A DNA stretch of 63,306 bases, counting the filler, from Klebsormidium nitens (taxonomy: Eukaryota > Plantae > Klebsormidiophyceae): the NCBI GenBank assembly GCA_000708835.1. It is 8 parts of 8 records of this genome, joined end to end, with 100 filler letters (N's around TTAATTAATTAA, not from the genome) between each part and the next. Parts side by side here need not be neighbours in the genome. Positions count along the whole stretch, not along the records: positions 1 to 9,894 come from DF238212.1; positions 9,995 to 24,606 come from DF238040.1; 6 more parts are not named here. The stretch is one strand, 5' to 3'. The translations under genes were made by a program, and so were the position numbers. Positions 1-10,359 of the stretch are shown here, in pieces. Position 1 is the stretch's first letter; each line of letters begins with the position of its first letter. Under the pieces are notes generated by a model that was not told where the DNA came from, searched no databases, and worked only from the letters and a program-made list of their open reading frames with translations.

Positions 1-343
1 TCTCGGTGAGCAAGGCAACCGAGGTCGGCCTCGAGTGTTGTTCAAGGAGAACGGCAACTGTGATCTTGAGGTTGACGGGGAGGTGGTCCTTGTAGCTCGG
101 AAAGTGAAGGGGATCTACGTGGTCGACCGGGCGGAGAACGCATCATCTCCAAAAGTGGTTCAAAAGGGGCCGCTTTCGGAAATGGAGCGGGAGGGCGCCG
201 CGCCGGAAAAGGACGCGTGCTTCCTCGTGAAAAAGCCGGAAACGGCCGACCTGCCTCGAACGAAGCTACCTGAGCATCGGATCCAAAAGGCGTACGATAC
301 CCACTGCAGGTCCGGTCAAACTGGCCGCCTGACCCAAATATAG
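1..343 (+). mobile_element. Decayed Ty1/copia pol fragment (region between protease and integrase)
   Basis: Translation across a frameshift gives (L)SVSKATEVG / LFKENGNCDLEVDGEVVLVARKVKGIYVVD, matching the copia LLSVSK...F....C.....G.VV..A....GLY segment; no downstream integrase core is readable. Confidence 0.5.
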
Positions 344-509
344 TTCGATTGCAGACGTTCGCCGGCTGCGCAGAAACTGACCGTTTGATGACCTGGATGC
401 CAACTACCGAAGGACCAAATCCTGCGTCATGCAACTGGCGGGAACCGTCAAGCGGAAAGGTTTGACCGATTATGTGATAAGAATGGGAGAAGTCCTCGAG
501 CGCCGTTCC

Positions 510-2281
510 CTACCTGCCGACAGCTTGGCCCGCAGCTACTCCACTCGCTCTCCCAATCGCGCGGGCCTCCCCTCGAGCGCGCACTTCTCCTGCCGCGCAA
601 ACTGCAGCTCCCCCGCCATCGCGCGCAGCCCCTCTCTCTCCGCGACCGCGCGCAACGCCTCCGCCGTGTCCGCCACCTGTTGGGCCCACGCCTCGGCGGT
701 TGACCACGCTAGTATTTCAGGGCCCGGGGGCCTGTGTGAATCTTCCCCCCAGAGAGAGGGTTCGGTGTCGCGAGTTGGGGAAGAAAGGGGTCGGGGTTGG
801 GGGGGGGTCGTGGTGGAAGGCGTGGTGGGGGAGCGCTTGGAGGAGAGCCTTGAGGGACTGGACTTCGCGTTCTTTCAGTGCGCGGTACCTGTAGGCAAGT
901 AAGGTCGTCGGTCAGTGGACAGTCAAGAGAAAGCGGCTTGAGGGTATTCATTCCTTTTACAGTGTGCACAGTTGAAGCTTTCAAGAAAGAACGAGCCGGA
1001 AAAGCCAACGGAACGCGCTACAAGACTAGAAGATGTTGGGAGGAGTTTAAGGACGCGACATCGACCAAGCGGGACGGAGATAATTCAATTCAGAGGCAGA
1101 AAAGCATATTGCTGAACTCATGAAGAGCAACCCGCTCATAAGCAGAGGGTCTTGTTGAGAAGGAAGGGCAGCAGTTCCCGCACTCAGTGCACATCCTCCT
1201 CCAATTTCGCAACTTCGTCCACGGTACCAGTCCTGCTCGCAGCGCTTCCGCTTCCTCACCTTTTGCTAGGATCCCGTCTCGTGGAGGATTGCAATCGCCT
1301 CGAGCTCTGTTATTTTTCTGGCGGCTCTTCCTGGGCGGCCGCCGCCGCCTGGAACAGGGCCTTCTGGTGGGCTGCTTCCAAAGGGTGCAGGGCCTTTGAG
1401 GCTGACCTCACGTGCTGGTGTGCCAGGTGGCACTCGGCGGTCTGTTCTTTGAGACTGCGAGGGGAAGGATTTCAGGTCGGGCAAGCACGAAGTTTGGATT
1501 ATCTGGGGTCCAAAGAGCATCGTAGCTGGTTCCACTGTTACCTTTGAAGGAGATTAGATCACGCTCTTGAAAAGCTGTGGTCGCTATCCAGATTTCGACG
1601 TTCTTGTCGATAAAGTAACCAGATTCCGCACTGTTGACGTCGTACACCCACTTCCAACGGCCTTGTGCTCCTGTTCTCACCGTTTTAAGTGGTTCCTTTC
1701 TCAATCGCATGCTCTAAAGTAGCATATGTCCTTCTCCGACTGGTTGTATGTACATCCTAGTTGCCTCCTCTTATACTGTCAACCATAATCCTGTACATGC
1801 TGAGTTCAAGGGATCCTTACTTCCATTTTCCGCCCCCTTTGAGCACTAGTACTTCGAGTTTTATAAAAGAGCTGTATAAACGAGCTGTACTCTTATGAAC
1901 ACTCATACTCAGTTGACTACGCACGCGAACAAACTAACTGTTCAGTGCCCAGTATCCAGCTTGGTCACTTCTCCGCGCGCCTTTTTAAGCTTATGCCCCA
2001 GGATCCGCTTCACCGCAACGGCGCTCTTCTTACTGCGCCTCCACGAGCAGCCCCGCCGCCAGCCGCTTGCCTGCGGCCCCGCATTCCGAACCATCCGTGT
2101 GCGCGCCCGACAGCTCCCTCTCCAGCCGCATACACTCGTTCCTCAGATTATTGACTTCTTCTAGAGCCGAGAAGTTCGCGCGCATGTCCTCGGCGGCTGC
2201 GGTCTCGAGAGTGGGACAAAGACGGAGTGTGACTGGGCACCTTCGATAAAATCTACATGCGGACCAACGAAACGGCCTCAT
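510..2281 (-). pseudogene. Degraded multi-exon coiled-coil-rich gene remnant, product unknown
   Basis: Three GC-rich coding-like blocks (about 2030-2281, 1100-1547, 510-900) give Ala/Glu/Arg-rich helical peptides interrupted by stops; no family recognised. Confidence 0.3.
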
Positions 2282-4384
2282 GGAACGCCCGTCCCTTAGG
2301 AGGGGTCAAGAGTTATCTCATGAGGTACCGCAGCGCCGAGAAACTTCCATCTCACAGGACAGATTGCCGGTGTCCTCAGCTTTGTGTCAGCCCTGAAGTT
2401 ACCTCAAAGATGCCAACCCAAAAATCTTATTAAGTCAAGCACAGGATTATCACACTTTGACAAAGATACTGTTTGTCTGTGGCTAGGTTACTGCCTTTGT
2501 GAAGCTTCAAGATTTTAACAAGAGAGTCAAACTCTACCCTACTGTGGAGGCCCTAGGTGGTGTATCTCTGGAAGTACCGCATTAACCGCAGCATTGCTTG
2601 ACCCACCACTTGGCAGTAGAACGAAATTCAACAAGCATTGTCCAATATCGCAAGCACCTTCTGCTCATTGCCATCCAAAAGACTTTGATTGTCCCCCTAA
2701 TCTATCAACCACTGTCCATATGAATCACTGGAGATGTACCCATCGATTTTAAAAGCGAGGTCCCTTTGACAAAGAAGCCTTCCTGTGGGGTCATCATCAG
2801 GTACTCTAAACTTGTGAGATATGTATCCAGCTCTTAACATCAAAAGCCCTTCCTTTATCTTTCTTCAGCCTCATGTCTAACATCTTACCTTCTCAGGCGG
2901 GTACTGCGCGACCCCACGCTGTCTTCAGCCACAGAGTATCTGAGGCAGCTCATGGGCAGCAATATAAAGGAGAATGACAAAGGGAATTTTTGTGCTCTTA
3001 TCAAACGCTACAGCTTTGATTGAATGGCCTTGTAAAATCGCAAGAGCGCACATTTGTGTGTGCAGGCTCTTTCAGATACAGTTTTCTATTCAGCGCCAAA
3101 AGCTTCGGATTAGAGAGTTGGCAGCTAAAATGGAGGATGCAATCCTAGCTCCCTAGCTATTGCAAACTGAGTGGCTGTCATTCATGCGATTGGACGAGAG
3201 TTCGTATGACAAGAGTAACTTCTGTTCGGAGGAGACCCTTCTCTGATTGATCTATCCTACAAGTTTTGATGCAGAAGCCACCAGAAGCCTGATTCTCATG
3301 GCAGCCTCAGGCTGTACTACAGCTCTGCACCGACAGCGCTCTAAAGTCTAGCTCTGCCTTCTTCACTCCAGGGTCAGATCTGGGGACGCCATTACGAAGG
3401 CCAGTTTGCGTTAGCAGGGCAGCCAGCCTCAGCTTCTCTCTTGCAGAGGTGGATGGAAGAGATTAGTGCTTGGTTCCCAAGGGGGGGATATGGAAGCTGC
3501 CACGTCTCAAAATGATGGCTCTTTTATAGTATGCTGAATAGGTAGGGGTTTCATGGTGGGACTCGAGCGTCGCTCTTACATCTGATTTGCCAAAGCTCCT
3601 GTAACTTAAAATTACTGTAGTCTGTAGGACCTACAGTCTGTAGAACCTCAAAAGCTTTTCTTTCCAGAGCTTCGAGCTGTGTAGCTGCGCCAAACCTTGT
3701 ACCTTTACCGGAAAAGGCGAATACAAGCACATCCGAGGAGATTTGCTGCCATGTTGCTTCATTCACGTTCTGCTCTTGATTTGTCCAGCAACGGTTGAGC
3801 AACGACAAGAGCCGCTGCAGTGCTCGCAGAATGGGGTCAAGAATTTGGGCTCACCTAACAGCAGCAGCCACGAATGCAGTGGGTGCGGCAGCCAACATCT
3901 TTGTTGTGGTTCCGGGGAATGAAGCACCAAACAAACATGGCGCTCATCACATGGTGGGCACAAAAGAGGGTAAGGACCTCCCGGGGATCCGATGAGTTTT
4001 GCGAGGGCATTTGAAAGACAAAGCCTGCTCTGATTCGTGTAAAATACCACCAACATTGCTGCAAGCAAACACTTGTACAGCGATTCATCATGTATTTGTC
4101 TTCAGGTAAGCTGCCTAATCCTTAGTGGGCGCTAAGTCCAAGTGTATGCTGGTCTCTGATGCTGGTGTCTGAGACTTAAAATGTTTGGCCCTCCTCAAAT
4201 GGATAGATTCTTATTCAGGCAAGTAACAATCCAGCGGCAATGGTCAGCACTATGATGATATGCTAAACTATTCTGGTCAACGTCCAGGGGCAACTTTGCC
4301 TGATCGCCCCGCTCGATTGAAGACGACTCGTGCTGCTAGAGAAGGTGACAAGCAAGAACAGCCACGCAAGACGAAGAAGCTAAA

Positions 4385-5253
4385 GAGATGTGTGCGGAGG
4401 CCGTTGTGACGGCCAACTACACCCGGAACCGGACCCCTGTGAGCGCACACGGGAGGACCCCGTGGGAGGCGTTCTACGGCAATAAGCCCAACGTGGGGCA
4501 CATGCGGGTGTTTGGGGCGCAAGCCTATAGGCACGTTCCGAAGCAGAGACGTCGGAAGTTGGATCCGGTGAGCGAGCGGTGTGTGTTCGTAGGCTATGAG
4601 CCGTATTCCAAGGCGTACAAAGTGCTCCAGGAGAGCGACGGGAAGATCATGATCTCTCGGGACGTTATTTTTGACGAGGGCGAGGGACACAACAGGGTTG
4701 TCGAGCTGAGCTCCGACTCCACGGAGGGTTCCCCGGAGGCGGCCGGCGAGCGCGACACCGCGCACGCGACCGCACCCGCACACGGGCATGCACGATATGC
4801 AAAACCGACCCAAAAAGGCAAGTTCGGAACCGGTACGAGGGAGCAGAGCGGAGCCGGAAGAGATTGCGGAGGACGTAGGGATGCCAACACCGGCTGCTCA
4901 GAGGAATCCCGCGTGTGAGAGACACGCGCCTGGGGAGTGGTACCGCGCCTTATTGGTGGCGGATACAGCAGCGGGGGAGCACCCCAAAGGAACGGGGCAG
5001 CACCCAGAACCGCAAAGTTATCAGGAAGCCGTAGGGGGAGAAGAGAGTGACCTCTATCGGAAGTCCGTGGACGAGGAGATGCGTTCCCTATTGGAGAATG
5101 GGACGTGGAAGATCGTCGAAAAATCGGAAGGGGTCAAGCCGATTCCCATGAAGTGGGTTTATAAGAGCAAGCGGGACGAGAACGAGAACGTGGAGCGGTA
5201 CAAGTCCTGGCTAGTGGCTAAAGGCTACCTGCAGAAGCAGGGGATTGACTTCG
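4385..5253 (+). mobile_element. Ty1/copia retrotransposon: integrase C-terminus and start of reverse transcriptase (frameshifted, runs into gap)
   Basis: EAVVTANYTRNRTP..TPWEAFYGNKPNVGHMRVFG..KLDPVSERCVFVGY..SRDVIFDE, then EPQSYQEA..EEMRSLLENGTW..KWVYKSK..YKSWLVAKGYLQKQGIDF. Confidence 0.93.
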
Positions 5254-6063
5254 NNNNNNNNNNNNNNNNNNNNNNNNNNNNNNNNNNNNNNNNNNNNNNN
5301 NNNNNNNNNNNNNNNNNNNNNNNNNNNNNNNNNNNNNNNNNNNNNNNNNNNNNNNNNNNNNNNNNNNNNNNNNNNNNNNNNNNNNNNNNNNNNNNNNNNN
5401 NNNNNNNNNNNNNNNNNNNNNNNNNNNNNNNNNNNNNNNNNNNNNNNNNNNNNNNNNNNNNNNNNNNNNNNNNNNNNNNNNNNNNNNNNNNNNNNNNNNN
5501 NNNNNNNNNNNNNNNNNNNNNNNNNNNNNNNNNNNNNNNNNNNNNNNNNNNNNNNNNNNNNNNNNNNNNNNNNNNNNNNNNNNNNNNNNNNNNNNNNNNN
5601 NNNNNNNNNNNNNNNNNNNNNNNNNNNNNNNNNNNNNNNNNNNNNNNNNNNNNNNNNNNNNNNNNNNNNNNNNNNNNNNNNNNNNNNNNNNNNNNNNNNN
5701 NNNNNNNNNNNNNNNNNNNNNNNNNNNNNNNNNNNNNNNNNNNNNNNNNNNNNNNNNNNNNNNNNNNNNNNNNNNNNNNNNNNNNNNNNNNNNNNNNNNN
5801 NNNNNNNNNNNNNNNNNNNNNNNNNNNNNNNNNNNNNNNNNNNNNNNNNNNNNNNNNNNNNNNNNNNNNNNNNNNNNNNNNNNNNNNNNNNNNNNNNNNN
5901 NNNNNNNNNNNNNNNNNNNNNNNNNNNNNNNNNNNNNNNNNNNNNNNNNNNNNNNNNNNNNNNNNNNNNNNNNNNNNNNNNNNNNNNNNNNNNNNNNNNN
6001 NNNNNNNNNNNNNNNNNNNNNNNNNNNNNNNNNNNNNNNNNNNNNNNNNNNNNNNNNNNNNNN

Positions 6064-6188
6064 ACGGTCCATTGAGCCTTCTAGGCTAGAGTGTAGACCT
6101 AGAAATAGGCCGTGACTCGGAACACTCCATATACATTGTGTGAACTTAATTGATTGAATATCACTTCCAACAACGCTGTGTTTCAACA
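6064..6188 (+). repeat. 3' part of copia LTR family A (probable 3' LTR of the 4385-5253 element)
   Basis: Ends ...CTGTGTTTCAACA; near-identical to 57371-57450 and reverse-complement homologous to 58607-58708, 60220-60617 and 60769-61156. Confidence 0.75.
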
Positions 6189-6664
6189 ACATCATTAAAT
6201 GCGAGCGAGGAACGAGACTTCGTTCAACTTGCGGGGATCCTTGAAGTCAAGTCCCAACCAGCAAGCAGAACTGTCTTGAGCTGAAAGACAACATTTTAAC
6301 ACAGCAAGCGCCTTCGTCCGAGAATGCCTGCAACCATGGATTCCGCACATAGCTGCCGTTAGTGTATCGTAGTTATCCTGCCAGCACTTCGCTTAAGCTG
6401 GCCAACCGTCACATAAAAGCTAAAATGCGGCCGGATATTTGCCATAAGTCGATCGAAAAAAATATTGCTGACCAGACACTGCGCTCAATCTCCAATATAG
6501 CCCTTCTCATGAACCCCAGCATTTTTCATCGTCAAATTGGCCCACAGTCGAGAGCCATGCCAGATAAAATGGTAAATAGTAGAAAAAGGGCATTGTGCTA
6601 GTAAAACTCGCCGTGAGTACGGGCATACGCAGCGCGGCGCAAAACTTTCTATTGCGCACATTTT

Positions 6665-7456
6665 TTGCCTAAAGCAAACGAGTTCAGGTTGTTTGTGGAC
6701 TATAGTGGAACCGCCGTAGAGCTCTACCACCAAGGATCGGGCTTATTCATTCCTATATCTAAGAGCAACGGCTCAGTCAACGCTTTTCAAGACGGGATCC
6801 AAGAGCGAATTCCTATCATCCAAAACGAGATGGGGCGTGCGGCGTGGTTGAACTTATAGAAGCTCGTTGACGAGGCGTTTGTCGATGCGCGCGCACGAGG
6901 CCACCTGCAAAACCGGGTATATCTGGCGGCAGATACAGGGCATTTGTATCATTACATAAGAGGCATCAAGATTTCCAAAGTCGGATTCAAAGTTATGGAC
7001 GAAAACATTCTGGTGTATCAGACCCAAGCAACATCAAAAGCATTATGCAATTCGAGGGGAAGGATAACTACGCAGTCTCATCAGGTGTGGGCCTCCTTTC
7101 CCTACGCTAGTCAACCTCACCCAGGATGGGTAACAATTGGAGGAACGCACTACAACATTCGACAAACCCTAGAGGGCGACTACGTCTTTCTGGCGGAGGT
7201 GGCATGCCGCTCTGGCCACTCGCATACGTACAGGTGCTCTCTTTGTGAAATGCACCACGACGATTTTAGCAAGGTTTCGGTCAATGCTGAGGGGAGGAGA
7301 GTCCCCTTAGATAGCAATTTGCGCACTTTGGAGGACCTTCGCAATGCAGCCCATCGCCCCCGGGCCCATGATTACCGATCCAGACGTCAAGTGCCTCTAT
7401 TTGTCTACAGACTTTCCCAGATCAAGCTAGAGTTGACGCCCATCCGGGGCCCTTAG
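6665..7456 (+). pseudogene. Interrupted intronless ORF (~260 aa) with a Cys/His cluster, unknown origin
   Basis: ORFs 6665-6859 and 6944-7456 are in the same frame with a single TAG between them; contains CRSGHSHTYRCSLCEMHH. Confidence 0.35.
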
Positions 7457-8227
7457 AACCGAAATCAACACGAAAGCTACGCTACTTTCACAAAAAAAAA
7501 TGCGATTTGGAAAACCCCCCTTCTTCAGATGTCCCCTCAACCAGATCTACTTTTGCAGCTTGCACCTCCTCTTTCGCCCAGCAAGTACCACCTTTGAGGG
7601 GACCATTGAAGTCAATCTCGACACACAGGAAAAGGTGGACGCCATCAACGGGTTGATCACGAACATGAACATCAGGTGCAAGAAAGTAGGGGTGCATTTG
7701 CGCAAGAAAGATGGTGCCAAGAAAAAGGACACCGAGCCAATCGACTTTATTGAGAGGTTTAGGGTTTTTCAAAGGCAAATCTCTTACTTCTCACTTTTAC
7801 TTCTCGTTGTCGATATAAGTCTCTATCTTCCCTTTTATTGATAGAAGAGATTGGTTGGCAGCACCGAATATTCTACCCGCCTATTAGCAAACTATGAGTA
7901 TTCCCCAACCTTTCACTCTTTGGATTGTTGGCTTTGGTGTCGGCATCTTCAGGTTTTCATCTTCTCTGTAGTCGTCTTCTCCGATCGAACTAGGATAAAA
8001 GTGAATCGAATTAAAATGTTGAAAGCAAGCGCCTTGGAGCGCGTTTCAAGTCAAGCACAACTACTAGGAATGAGTGATCAATACAAGTCAATGGTCCAAG
8101 TCATAAATCCGTGACTACGTCTACTAGGTCGAGTCCAACTCTAGCTCTATGTGAGTCAATTCAAACATCAACGGCCTAGCCTCCAAGATTCCACAAAGAT
8201 GCATATCTAATGGTCCACACTGGCCTA

Positions 8228-8348
8228 GGGGGTAACTACCACTAGTGGGGGTAATTGCCAGTGGGTAACTGCCAGTGGGGGTAAATGCCAGGGGGTAATT
8301 GCCAATGGGGTTATTGCCGGGGGGTAATTGCCAGGGGGTAATTACCAC
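8228..8348. repeat. G-rich tandem repeat, 8 units of ~14-16 bp GGGGGTAATTGCCA(GT)
   Basis: Directly visible units: gggggtaactacca, gggggtaattgcca, gggtaactgcca, gggggtaaatgcca, gggggtaattgcca, ggggttattgcc, gggggtaattgcca, gggggtaattacca. Confidence 0.9.
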
Positions 8349-8503
8349 TCTATCAAACTCAATGAAACGGCTACGAAATCATCTAGGATCTTAGGGCGTA
8401 CTCACACAACAGTAGTACTACCTAAATCCAAGATAAAATGTAAACAATTGAACGGCAGAAGAGCCCCACCTCATAAATATTTTGAACCTTGATGACAACT
8501 CTG

Positions 8504-9506
8504 ATGTCGACGCCCATCAGCGAGCTTGTTCGGCGCGCCATCCCAGCCCTCCTTTCGCACGCGGGACTCCCAGCCAATCCGCTGAAATTTAAAAAGAGCA
8601 GTTACTGCCATAGTTTGATATTCACATTCATTATAATTCGCCTCCAATCTGCAGGCAAGTTGTTTTGGTCCTCCATGAGAAAGTCTACAGCAAGCTCCTC
8701 ACAATCGCCACCGTGGACCCTGCAAAAAGGAAAGGCGCTTACAAGGTGTGGGCGGCGCTGGCCCATCTCAACAACGTGTTGCGAACCCCGCTTGCGGAAC
8801 TCAAGGTGGTTGCAGAAAGAGAGACCAAGGCGATCAAAGCACAGGGTACAGCGGTTGCTTATGTTGACTCGTTCGATCACGGCCGCAGCGCGAGGAGACC
8901 TGTGTACGCTTCACATGCACCGGGGCATGAAGCACTTGCCTGACATGATAAGGAAACGACCTCGACAGTAGTGCCCTGTCCCAGCAGGCATTTGGGCACC
9001 TTCTCAAGCAGGGAAAGTCAGACTTGTGGCTTTTTACCAACAAGCAGCTCAAAAGGGACGCTAATGAACGCAAGGGGAGGCACGAGAAAGAAAGACAGTG
9101 TCAGGTCATGGCAAAGAAGCGGTAGCGAAAGAGAGTGAGAGGGTTCATGCCCACGAACACCAGCAGAAGCAAGCGATATCAGTTGGGTGGAGTAATAGTG
9201 CAGGACGCAGCCGCTCGTAAAGTGGTTGATTGGGCGTTGCCCATGGCGTATTTAGACATACCAAGCAGGAGCGCCCTGCAGCTAGAGAAGCGCGTGCAAG
9301 CCGCTAATCCGGCTATGCTAGGAATTGTGGAGAAGGTGATTGATAATCGGAAGTTTGGCCTCTCAACAATTGAGGAGGAGGTTGAGGACGATGGGGAAGA
9401 GCTCACTGATGAGGAAGGAAGTCCTCTGCAGCAGCAGCAGAACAAATGGGCGCCAGAACTGAAGGTACTTGCTCCTGGTCTAGTTGCTGCTCTCGGGGGT
9501 ATATAA
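8504..9506 (+). pseudogene. Fragmented unknown coding region with acidic C-terminal stretch
   Basis: Coding-like ORFs 8665-8943 and 9135-9506 separated by a stop and frame change; candidate acceptor ctgcag near 8654; no family recognised. Confidence 0.25.
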
Positions 9507-10032
9507 ATGAGACTAATTGCATTGGCTCATTATGCAGTGTTCTCAGTTTTTGGTGGCATTGAAGAGTGGAGACTGGGCCTTAATCTTGTTAGTATGGACT
9601 CGACTCAGTGGTTGCTGCCTGAGACTCAGGGCTGTCCCACGAGCAATGGGCTTGACTGCAGAGTGCAACCTCCCACTTCTTTGGAGCTTTGGATCCTCTT
9701 CATACCCGAAACACCGGCTGTCTCTTTAAGATGAAAGAGGACGTGAATGGTTCAAGATGTACTTCTTCGAGCTGTCTGATGCCTGAATGGCGGCAGCCTT
9801 AAGCACTTGTGAAGCATTGGGCGGTCTTCTTCATGGCCCCTCCAAATCACTCTTTGCTGCTTCTTTGCCAGTAATGAGGGAGAAACACGTATCANNNNNN
9901 NNNNNNNNNNNNNNNNNNNNNNNNNNNNNNNNNNNNNNTTAATTAATTAANNNNNNNNNNNNNNNNNNNNNNNNNNNNNNNNNNNNNNNNNNNNCTTACC
10001 GTAAACCTAGGTATGTCGGCGTATGGCACATT

Positions 10033-10094
10033 GCCTATGCGATATGGACGTGGCCGGGGGGGGGTTGGGTGGGAATGTAAGGTCGCGCCAACTG
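10033..10094. repeat. Short repeat, candidate DNA-transposon terminus, shared with 29925-30009
   Basis: gggttgggtgggaatg(t/c)aaggtcgcgccaactg is present at both sites; similarity stops right after ...AACTG and both copies lie next to assembly gaps. Confidence 0.5.
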
Positions 10095-10269
10095 CGACAG
10101 CGCGTTCCTTGGCGTCAGGGTTTTAGCCCAGGGTTTGGGGTGACTACCCTCTTAACCAGGTGTTAGAGTAAACAGCCATCGTTATGTAACCCAGCCGTTA
10201 GGGTTTCAGTGCAGTGCTCAACGCTCATGCATCAGCAGCAGCAGAGACGGTTGGACAGACCAGCGGGGC

Positions 10270-10278
10270 TATATAAAG
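10270..10278 (+). promoter_or_regulatory. Candidate TATA box of ALDH6
   Basis: TATATAAAG about 80 nt upstream of the ATG at 10360. Confidence 0.4.
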
Positions 10279-10359
10279 CAGGTCGGCTGCAGCCGCTCAA
10301 ATGTTCGTATGAGCCTTTGGCTGCTTCTGCCAGCTCTCTGAGGACGAGGGCCCGCAGAA

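Noticed and set aside
5218-6195. Long ORFs spanning N runs (also 45742-47250)
   Set aside because: They are open only because N translates to X.
8228-8348. Repeat array considered as CRISPR-like
   Set aside because: There are no unique spacers, the units are too short, the context is eukaryotic and no cas genes are present.
9939-9950. TTAATTAATTAA palindrome inside N runs (also near 24651, 26868, 43698, 51257, 53430, 57315)
   Set aside because: It is identical and always embedded in N runs: an assembly gap linker, not biology.
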